Assembly (NCBI RefSeq): GCF_006345805.1
Contig: NW_021826249.1
Location: forward strand, 1-36,351
Source: Octopus sinensis
Lineage: Eukaryota
Reading direction: 5' to 3'
Length of the DNA stretch: 36,351 nt
Positions 25,545 to 34,721 of the stretch are shown here, in pieces (position 1 is the first letter of the stretch; each line of letters begins with the position of its first letter). Under the pieces are notes generated by a model, which ran no database searches, was not told the origin of the DNA, and saw only the letters and a list, made by a program, of their open reading frames with translations. Made by a program: the position numbers and the translations under genes.

Positions 25545-26276
25545 GCACCACGCCCGTGGGTTCCAACTAGATCTCTTGTTCGTATCTGGGGCCGGCGTGT
25601 TTCTTGGGTTTCTCTTACGCCTGTCACCGCGGGAGCACTTTTCCATCTTTCCCTCAGTTGCAGTTTGTTTCCTTAATACCCCCACCTTTGTACACACACA
25701 TACATACACCCACTCCCACACACACATTTGCATATATATATACATTACACTTCAAATTTACTTGCCATACATACAACTACGCACACTGGACACACACACA
25801 CTACAACTCAACATACATACGCCCCCACCCATTCCCTCCTTCCTCCTTTTACCACTGACCACTGACCTGCGACTGCTATGTCAACTACCTTTCGCCCTAC
25901 GTACACACACTTACATAGACGCACGCACTAACATATACATATTTTTTTATCTCGCCTTACACACACATACACATTATTCTTCCCATTCATCGAGTTGTTA
26001 CCAACCTTCCTTTTTCCGCTATTTTGTCTTTAAAAACCAGCCCCTGTTAGCCAAAACTTCTGGCCTTTCAGCATGTTTACTTCGTAAAAACCAGTCGCGT
26101 TTTTTTCCCTCCGTTCGCCCACCTCGGGATCTTTCTTTCTTCCTTCTCTTATGTTTCCGACGAAGAGCTCTGCTCGAAACGTCATACCCTCCTTCTTCCC
26201 TTTTTCCTGAGCGCCTAATAATAATACTTTAATTGTTCCACGTGTTGTTGTTTTTTCTGTTTTCCCGTTTGGATTA

Positions 26277-26280
<4 letters not shown>
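25545..26280 (+). mobile_element. Penelope-like element 3' remnant
   Basis: Decayed GIY-YIG C-terminus-like peptide (DLLFVSG..RL.REHFSIF....LN), pyrimidine-rich UTR and terminal minimal hammerhead. Confidence 0.55.
26150..26187 (+). ncRNA. Minimal hammerhead ribozyme-like motif
   Basis: gttt CCGACGA a gagc-tct-gctc GAAAC GTC atac; loopless palindromic stem III (ACGT) typical of Penelope-associated minimal hammerheads. Confidence 0.7.
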
Positions 26281-26311
<31 letters not shown>

Positions 26312-26451
26312 ATCAAGGTGGCTAGCAGCAATTTAAAACCAAAAAGGAAATAATTCATCGTCACTAAGAGTGTCAAGGGGTGCAGTGAGCACCAGCATTG
26401 CTAGAAATATGAGCCGTAGACTCCTTAGTCACAAAAGCACATGGTTTCTTT

Positions 26452-26590
26452 GTATTGACAGGGGAGAAAACCCTCCCCGCTGTGAGCGACATGCATTAGA
26501 TTAGCATGCTAATTTCATATACGAAATTAATACTCACCAGTAATGCTCAATTCATCACAGCTTGTAGAAGTCAACTCACCCTGTCAATAT
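26452..26590. mobile_element. Small palindromic MITE-like element
   Basis: TATTGACAGGG / CCCTGTCAATA termini, with internal dyad symmetry around AATTTC-atatac-GAAATT. Confidence 0.55.
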
Positions 26591-27159
26591 TATGAAAAAT
26601 GCCACTGGAATCAGTGACTGATTTCACAAAATGGCAATGTGAAAATTATAAAATAATCAAGGTGGTTAGCAGCAATTTAAAACCAACAAGATAATTCACT
26701 ATTACTGTATATAAACTGATACAGAGCATGATCAAGGCCTACTAAAAAAAAAATGACTAGCCTCTTATCCACATGCCCATGTAAGCTGCAATGACTTTTG
26801 TGAGTACATGGTTTGTGCAATATTTTGCAGGTGGGAAGTAGGCAGGACATTTGACCACAGTATCTTATAACCATATTTTGTTTATAGAAATCACACAGAT
26901 TATAGTTTAATGTTTGTTACTAGGCTGTTCTAAATTCATAGAAATATTGATTATAACTTAAAGCCTTTTGAAAATAGTGACACTACCTTGACAGGTGATG
27001 TGTTGGGGGGGGGGGGGATAACCCAGATGAGAGATGAAATGATGGTCAGAATTTGACAAGTGCAGAACTTAAGGTTCGCTTATTCTTTATTTCATTAAAG
27101 ACTGCTGTTTTGGCTGTGCAGGCTTAATCATGAGTGGAATATATATGTATATATCTATA

Positions 27160-27201
<42 letters not shown>

Positions 27202-28330
27202 ATGATACTTATAACAATTAGCTGTTATATATTTTATTACATTTATTAAGAAAATAATTATTTAATAAATAATTAAATAAAATCAAGAAAATATGAAGTA
27301 CTCCATAATAATAATTTTGTATAATTTTAATTTATATCTTGTAAGATACTCCTCCAGCTGCTGCAGGACATCGACATCTTGCTGGGGTTCAGCATCTTAA
27401 TAAGGCTGACCAAGGTGAGGGACTCCACTACATGCAGTGGTAGCATGTTGTCGACAAATAAGTCTACAATCCTTCTATCCACCATAGGCTAACAGATGCC
27501 AGTACCAGCAGTTTGGACAAACACCTTGCCAATGCCGGGCTGGCATGCTTTCTTTGTACATGACTGTGACTAGTAGCATTGCTACCAGAAAATTGTCTGT
27601 GTTCCTCATGGGAAGAGCCAGCATTGATCCTCTCCTCAAACTAGATGGCATGTGCAGGGTGTTGCCTCAACATGCGACTTCAAGTTGCAGAGGCTTGCCA
27701 CTTGTCCCTTAATGGCTGTCTCCTTGGGCTGGCACATGACGCACCAGAAGTACAGGATTTTGGTGTTCATCTTATTCCTTGACGTAAGGACAAAGTAGTC
27801 CTCTATGTGGGGCTATGGGTTCTGAGATTCCTGGCTCTCAAACTGAGCGACTTTTGCCTAACCCACAGCCATTGCAGACTCTTCAACAGGCCTTTGATCC
27901 TCAGGCCAAACAACAATGTCTTCACCTTCCATAATGATAAGCAATAACTTGATAAGCCGATAATGTACACTGCTGTCGCTGACACTGTAATGTGACAATG
28001 TTGTAAGTGAACACAACTCAAAACTGCAGGATAACACAATGCTGGTCAGCTAGCTGCTGCTGTGTCTACCAATCATGTCTTGTCAGATATACATATAGTC
28101 AGCCAAAAGCGTATCTGACAGACTCTTCGAGACATGCCCACAACAGACAGGAACAAACATATGAATTTTGTTAGTGGACTTAAAGTTAGCGGAACTAAAT
28201 TTAGCAGAAGCTAATTGGTCTGCCAACAGTTTCCAATGTTAGTGAAGACACTAATCTGCTAAATGAAAAGTTAGCTTCGCTAATTAGCTGTTAGCGGATT
28301 AGTAAAACTGTGCTCACCACTGTCTGTGTG

Positions 28331-28378
<48 letters not shown>

Positions 28379-28444
28379 TATGAATATACACACATAGATA
28401 TGTATGAATATACACACACACACACACACACACATACGCATATA

Positions 28445-28962
28445 TATATGTTTATGTTTTGTAAGATATCTTGATGTCAAATTGTGTGTTGAAACAGATA
28501 TGGTCATATTTTTTCCCAATTAACAACATGCTCTCTATACTTGATCTTCACTTCAGCTTTATTATTACTCTTATTTTAGTGCCTGAAATCTTTCATCACA
28601 CATCCTGTGACCTGAAGAATTCATAGGATGTGTGACAAAAGATTTCAGACAAAGTACACTAAAATAAGAATAATAATAAAGCTGAAGTGAAGAACAAGTG
28701 TATGGTGTGTGTGGTTAATTGGCAAAAAGGAAAAAAAAAGACCATCTCCCAGTATAACAATATATATATATAGATGTTTATGAATTTGTATTGCAAGATA
28801 CCCGATGTGAAACTGTGTGTTGAAACAGATATTGTTATATTTTGGGAGGGCTATGTTTTTGTTTTTTACCAAATAAACACACACACTATATATTTCTTAT
28901 CGTTCTTATTTTATCTTATGTTCACTGTCTGGAAATCTTTTGTCACACATCTGTGACCTCTT
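28445..28962. repeat. Three copies of a ~170-bp repeat (direct-inverted-direct), forming a hairpin 28515-28722
   Basis: Arms 28515-28610 / 28622-28722 are reverse complements; 28775-28960 repeats 28448-28612 directly. Confidence 0.8.
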
Positions 28963-29089
28963 CTGTAAGTATATCTGCTGCTACAGCTCTTGACCTTTAC
29001 GTTTGATATTGTTCTTGTATCCCTCTGTGTCTGTGTTTGCTCACACTGCTGCCATCATGGTTGATGTTGTGGCTGTTAGTGATGTTACT

Positions 29090-29362
29090 GTATGTGTGTA
29101 TGGGTTTACATACTATGTTGTTTGTACCTGTAAGGTAATATTTCCCTTTGACCAGACATGTTTTCATTGAATATTGGAAATAAATGGCACTGCTTTTATG
29201 ACAATGACACACATTTACAATTATCATACAATGTGAAGAAAAGGAGACACAAATATACACATGCTTTAACACACATGATGGGCTTCTTTCAGTACACTTA
29301 GAAGGCTTGGTTGGCCTGGAGTTATAGTAGAAAACACTTGCCTAAGGTGTCATACAGGGGGC
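29090..29362 (-). mobile_element. SINE-like repeat (related fragment at 33070-33135, +)
   Basis: 'gggcttctttcagt..aaggcttggttggcctgg' is the reverse complement of the 33074-33130 sequence. Confidence 0.55.
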
Positions 29363-29364
29363 CC

Positions 29365-29947
29365 GATCCTGGGAAGTTACATCTCACGAAATATCAATAT
29401 AGCTCTTATTTTTATCAAGGTCAAAAATGGATAACCAGAAGTTACATTTTTGATACTTAACGCCTTTCCGCTTCAAAAAAGGTGAAAAGGACAGAGTATA
29501 TGTGAAGTGTAGGGTAATGTAGGTGACTTGATGGTTCAGAGAGTGTATGCAAAATTCAAATGCAGGGATTTCAGCTTAGAAGATTCATATTGCTTTGGAA
29601 GCTCTTCAGAGTTGGACAACAATCTTTTGAGGGTAAACATTGAAGCCAACATAAAATGCTCAACTAGGGAGCTTGTAGAAATGTTGGAACACTTAGTGAT
29701 ATTTGGATATCTTTCCAAATGATGTATGGGTCCCTCATAATCTGGCAGAGGAAAATTGCACAGACGGCATTCCATCAGTACATGCACTTAAAACACAATG
29801 AAACTAAAACTTTGAATCAATTGGTGACTGCAGGTGAAAAATGGATGGTCTATGATGACTTAGGGCAGAAACAATCCTGGGGTTTGCATGAGAATCCACC
29901 AAAACAACTACCAAATTTTAACAATCATGGAAAAAAAGTTAAGCGTT
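29365..29947 (+). mobile_element. Mariner 5' fragment truncated by a LINE
   Basis: MDNQKLHF.., FKCRDFSLED, STRELVEML and QLVTAGEKWMVYD remnants. Confidence 0.8.
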
Positions 29948-31612
29948 GTGTCCACCAAGGTTCAGTCCCCAGCTCCCTCCTATTTATCTTAGTCCTCCAG
30001 GCAATAACGGAGGAATTCAAGACAGGATGCCCCTGGGAGCTCCTATATGCTGATGACCTTGCTCTAATTGCTGAGTCACTATCAGAACTAGAGGCAAAGT
30101 TTCAAGTATGGAGACAAGGATTAGAATTGAAGGGCCTTAGAATCAACCTAGCTAAAACCAAAGTCCTAATATGTAGGAAAGCAGGCAAACCACAAATCCC
30201 TTCAGGTAGATGGCCCTGCTCAATCTGTAGTAGAGGCGTAGGTAGAAACTCTATAAGATGTACCCTGTATAAGCTATGGACACATAAGAGGTGCAGTAAT
30301 ACCAAAGGGAGGCTAACTGGGAAGAAAGTTTTTGTATTTGGCAGATGCTTGGGAGCAATAAACACTGAAAATGCGCAGAGACCAACTTCCGCCTCATTCC
30401 AGGGAGACAAACTAGAAGTAGTTGATAGCTTCCGTTACCTAGGGGACCAAGTCAGTAGCGGAGGTGGGTGTGCTGAAAGTGTAGCTGCTAGAATAAGAAT
30501 AGCTTGGGCAAAGTTCAGAGAGCTCTTACCTCTGCTGGCAACAAAGGGCCTCTCGCTCAGAGTAAAAGGTAGACTGTATGACGCTTGTGTACAAACAGCC
30601 ATGCTACATGGGCTGTGACTGCTGAGGACATGCGTAAGCTCGCAAGGAATGAAGCCAGTATGATCCGATGGATGTGTAATGTCAGTGTGCATACTCAACA
30701 GAGTGTAAGTACCTTGAGAGAAAAGTTGGACCTAAGAAGCATCAGATGTGGTGTGCAAGAGAGACGATTGTGCTGGTATGGTCATGTGGCAAGAATGGAC
30801 GAGGACAGCTGTGTGAAAAAGTGCCACACTCTAGCAGTTGAGGGAACCTGTGGAAGAGGTAAACCAAGGAAGACCTGGGATGAAGTGGTGAAGCATGACC
30901 TTCGAACTTTAGGCCTCACCAAGGAAATAACTAGTGACAGAGACCTTTAGAAATATGCTGTGCGTGAGAAGACCCAGCAAGCCAAATGAAACCATAATCT
31001 CATGGCCTATGCCAGGGGCGTAACCAGCCCACTTGTGCGTAACCTCTTCCTTCTATGGTCACTAAAACTCTGCTTGCGAAGACCTGTTGAGGCAAGTGAA
31101 ATCAAATCAATCGAAAGCAAAATCAAAATCAAATCCAATGACTGGCGTCCGTGCTGGCAGGGTGCAAAGAGCACCATACGAGCGTGATCATTCACAGAGC
31201 GGCTAACCGGCTTCCGTGCCAGTGGCACTTAAAGGGCACCATTCAAACGTGATCGTTATCAGCATCGCCTTACTGGCACTTGTGCCCGTGCTAGTAGGGT
31301 GCCAAGAGCACCATCCGAGTGTGATCGTTGCCAGAGCAGCCAACTGGCTTCCATGCCAGTGGCACGTAAAAAGGCACCATTCGAGCGTGATCATTACCAA
31401 AGTCGCCTTACTGGCCCCCGTGCCAGTGGCATGTAAAAAGCACTCACTACACTCTCAGAGTGGTTGGCGTTAGGAAGGGCATCCGGCTGTAGAAACTCTG
31501 CCAAATCAAGACTGGAGTCTGGTGCAACCATCTGGTTCGCCAGCCCTCAGTCAAAATCGTCCTACCTATGCTAGCATGGAAAGCGGATGTTAAACGATGA
31601 TGATGATGATAA
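29948..31612 (+). mobile_element. 5'-truncated RTE-type LINE (RT C-terminal half, 3' UTR, (GAT)n tail)
   Basis: VHQGS..S.LLF, LLYADDL, GLRINLAKTK, FRYLGD and GRGKPRKTW motifs; frameshift near 30610 is a 13-nt deletion between CATGG repeats relative to the copy at ~19290. Confidence 0.93.
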
Positions 31613-31613
31613 T

Positions 31614-31755
31614 CAGCATCATCATCGTTTAACATCTGTTTTCCATGCTGGCACGGGTTGGACAGTTTGACAGGAAGTGACCAGATTCCAGTCTGACTTG
31701 GCATGGTTTCTACAGCTGGATGCCCTTCCTAACACCAACCACTTTACAGACTGTG
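31614..31755 (-). mobile_element. LINE/SINE 3'-tail fragment, tail-to-tail with the preceding LINE
   Basis: catcatcatcgtttaacatctgttttccatgct is the reverse complement of 31567-31605. Confidence 0.7.
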
Positions 31756-31829
31756 ATTTCATTCCTAATGCTAACTACTCCACTTTACATTTGTCTCCAC
31801 CTCAACTTTGTTTCCTCACCCCATCCAGA

Positions 31830-32372
31830 AAAATAGATATTTTTCAAATGAAATTTCCTACAAATACGCTTCAGACGATGAAGATTCGATTATATCGGAA
31901 ATTGTTGGGAAAAATGTTTTCTGTGAGTGGGAAGAGGGGTTTCGAGAAATTCACATGAGTCGGCTTTCTATCCTTATAGATTTCAGAATTTGATATGAAA
32001 AAAAAAAAAAAGAATGATGGGCTCGCACACATACTAACAACACATCACATATATTTTCAAAATGAAACTTGAAATTTCGAAAGAAAATCTTAAGTATATC
32101 AGTATGTATGTGTACGTACTCAGCAATTTTCTTTTCACATCAAATATCGATATAATCGAAATTTACACACTCTAAAACGTATTTGTAGAGCATTTAATCC
32201 AAAAATACACATATTTTCCGAAAGTTATGAAAAAACAAAGCCGACTCGAGAGAATTTTCTGAAACTTCTCTCCCCACCCACAGAAAAGTTTTTCTCATCA
32301 AAGTAAGATTTAATTGGGATCTACACCATATGAAGTATATTTGTAGAAAATTTCATTTAAAGATCTCAGTTT
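31830..32372. mobile_element. Fold-back / long-TIR non-autonomous element
   Basis: 31830-31968 and 32238-32372 are diverged reverse complements. Confidence 0.65.
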
Positions 32373-32580
32373 TACTGGAAGTTATGAGAACTTATACAAT
32401 ATGACTGGAATTTCAGAATTCTATTTCTTTTTTCTTTCCATTGTGATAACTTCTAACTGTATTGTATAATATAACTCTCTTAAAATACGAAAACAAACCT
32501 TTGTCTGCATTGAACTTCACCAAATTGTATTGCTTTAAAAATGCTATTTCTTCCACAAAAATTTCTAATATTACTTTCAT

Positions 32581-32645
32581 TTTAGTTCGTTCTGTCAAGA
32601 GCAATATTTCTGTCATAAATATTGCTCTTGACAGAACGAACTAAA
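32581..32645. repeat. Perfect 29-bp-stem hairpin with 7-nt loop
   Basis: TTTAGTTCGTTCTGTCAAGAGCAATATTT-ctgtcat-AAATATTGCTCTTGACAGAACGAACTAAA. Confidence 0.95.
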
Positions 32646-32983
32646 GCTTTTCGACTGAAGTTTGCATTTATTGAATTATTTCGTTAGAAAGATTCGTCTC
32701 TTTGCTTCTGTATTCCTGTATCATTCGATTTATTTTAACTGACAATATCTAAACAGACTAAGATGTGACACGCAAGCTTCCTTATATTCTTCACATCTAC
32801 ACTATCGTTTCACGGTCCTCAAACGGGTGTGAAACAGTCTTATCCCAGCTGTTAGAAACCATCGTTATTAGCTTAATTCACATATTAATACACATAAAAG
32901 ACCCGGCTCACTAGCGTATATCGAGCAGTTTAAACTATTTATCCACACTACGGCACAAACAATTTGGTCGATGAAATGATTAT

Positions 32984-32990
32984 CTATCTA

Positions 32991-33068
<78 letters not shown>
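32984..33068. repeat. (TA)n microsatellite
   Basis: Seen directly. Confidence 0.95.
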
Positions 33069-33169
33069 AATATCGGGCCGACCAAACCTTTGTGACTGGA
33101 TTTGGGGACGGAACGTGAAAGAAGTCTGTCGCATATATAATATATATAATATATATATAATATATATAT

Positions 33170-33380
33170 GTGCGTGTGTGTGTGTATTTGTCTCCCCACC
33201 ATCGCTTGACAACCGATATTGGTGTGTTTACGTCGCCGTAACTTAGCGGTGTCGGCAAAAGAGACCGATAGAATAAATACGAGGCTTACAAAGAATAAGT
33301 CCTGCGGTCGAATTGTTCGACTAAAGGTGGTGCTCCAGTATGGCCACAGTCAAATGATTGAAACAAGTAAAAGAATAAAT
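33170..33380 (+). mobile_element. SINE-like repeat (family of 14430-14622)
   Basis: Direct similarity. Confidence 0.7.
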
Positions 33381-33444
33381 ATCGTTTGTAGAAATGCATA
33401 AATCCGGAGAAGCACAGTGTAAGATGTAGACCAGTTAATATTAT

Positions 33445-33546
33445 AGTGGGATGGGCCCGTTTATGGGGTTACCCTATGTTAGAAGTCAAATCGTCCCATA
33501 TTTATGGCAGACCCCTAGTAACACCATAAACCAGCCTACCCCATTA
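33445..33546. mobile_element. Tiny MITE-like inverted repeat
   Basis: AGTGGGATGGGCCCGTTTATGGGGTTAC vs GTAACACCATAAACCAGCCTACCCCATT (imperfect 28-bp TIR). Confidence 0.5.
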
Positions 33547-33548
33547 TT

Positions 33549-33549
33549 G

Positions 33550-33581
<32 letters not shown>

Positions 33582-33598
33582 ATATATATATGTATATA

Positions 33599-33651
<53 letters not shown>

Positions 33652-33685
33652 GTATATGTATATATATGTATATATATATATATAG

Positions 33686-33727
<42 letters not shown>
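33549..33727. repeat. (TA)n/(TATG) microsatellite
   Basis: Seen directly. Confidence 0.95.
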
Positions 33728-33736
<9 letters not shown>

Positions 33737-34273
33737 TGGGGGGAGGGAGGAAACATCAGTAATATTGCCCAGCAGTAAACATCATGAAATGTTTCCGGCT
33801 TAGTTGTCCGATATCGATTTCAAAACAAAGTTAAACTGGTTTATTACGAAATCTTTTTCGATGAAGTATGATTCTTTCAAACTTCTTGTTCATTTGTCTA
33901 GTCAAATATGAAAAATGCTTTAATTAACAACTTACTAGAATCCTGTTGTTAACCGTGTTTAATAATCAAGTGAAAACTGTAATAGATCGTTTGTTATACA
34001 GACATAAAATAAATAATAGGATAAAATGGGGTTCTTGTTTATACGGACAGATTTGGGGGGAATTTAAGTACTTAAACACGCGTTTTTGATTTAATGACGA
34101 ACATTCTGTAATTTTCTGTATAAATCTGGAGGCGAAGTACGAAAGAGGTCAGAAAGTGGAACTGTTGATGACAAATCAATCGACATAAATCAAAGCATTC
34201 CTATAAGAACACAATGGAGAATGCGCTTCTTGAAAGTAAGTTAAGTAATTTATAATGAATAGATTAGACAAAC

Positions 34274-34337
34274 CTTGTCGGCAGAAGGAGTTTAGTCTGA
34301 TACTGATACACCTCATCGTTCCAGTCGCATTGAACAT
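34274..34337 (-). CDS. HADHA: HADHA coding exon 1 (mitochondrial presequence), MFNATGTMRCISIRLNSFCRQ(G)
   Basis: ATG at 34337; 64 nt ending AG|gtttgt; phase 1 matches exon 2; Arg/Ser-rich with no acidic residues. Assigned by phase, composition and position, not by homology. Confidence 0.75.
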
Positions 34338-34660
34338 GCTTACAGTTGAGAGTTACTTCTGAAATCGACCTTTGGTCCACTGTCCCGCACTGAATTCAAT
34401 GACACGCCTTGAGAACATATACAAACAAATATAATTAAGAAGAAGAATTTTTAATTCATTAAATCTATAAAAAATATTTAACATTTATATTTTATTAAAA
34501 ATTATTAATTACTAAAATAGTAATTTTTGCTTTTATAAATTTTATTGTTGAGAACAACATTTAACTCCGTAAAGCTTCAACGACGCGAGTCATTTATAAA
34601 GTCCACGAAATTTGTTGGTGGTGATTCGTCTTCGAACTTATTTGAAGGTGATCACTAGCT
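34338..34660. promoter_or_regulatory. Putative bidirectional promoter and 5' UTRs
   Basis: 323 bp between two divergent ATGs; TE-free; AT-rich core (34420-34560) with TATAAA-like motifs; relatively CpG-rich flanks. Confidence 0.65.
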
Positions 34661-34721
34661 ATGGCCATGGCTCTCTGGGCTGCCAGAAATGTATCCCTTT
34701 TATCGGGAGCAAAAGCACTTG
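34661..34721 (+). CDS. First coding exon of a divergent gene, MAMALWAARNVSLLSGAKAL (presequence-like; candidate HADHB)
   Basis: gctATGGCCATGG Kozak-like start; 61 nt followed by a consensus G|gtaagt donor and a T-rich intron; no acidic residues. Gene identity inferred only from context. Confidence 0.65.

Larger units (their letters stand above)
23066..28322 (-). mobile_element. hAT DNA transposon, degenerate, interrupted at ~24920-27345
   Basis: TIRs GTGGTGGGCACAG / CTGTGCTCACCAC; BED finger (WCVMCQP..NLKSH, 27660-27800); MLPLHVVES; TTDCW..SYL; MDNGKNF; CVSHTFNL; TRWNS; dimerisation motif PSSAAVECLFS. Confidence 0.9.

Noticed and set aside
24869-25745. His/Thr-rich and Cys/Val-rich ORFs
   Set aside because: Translations of CA/TG microsatellites; the same applies to the ORFs at ~13000-13600, 28280 and 32984-33756.
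29719-30618. 299-aa ORF as a novel transposase-RT fusion protein
   Set aside because: It is a chance in-frame junction of a decayed mariner fragment and a 5'-truncated LINE at ~29948; both halves are incomplete and mutated.
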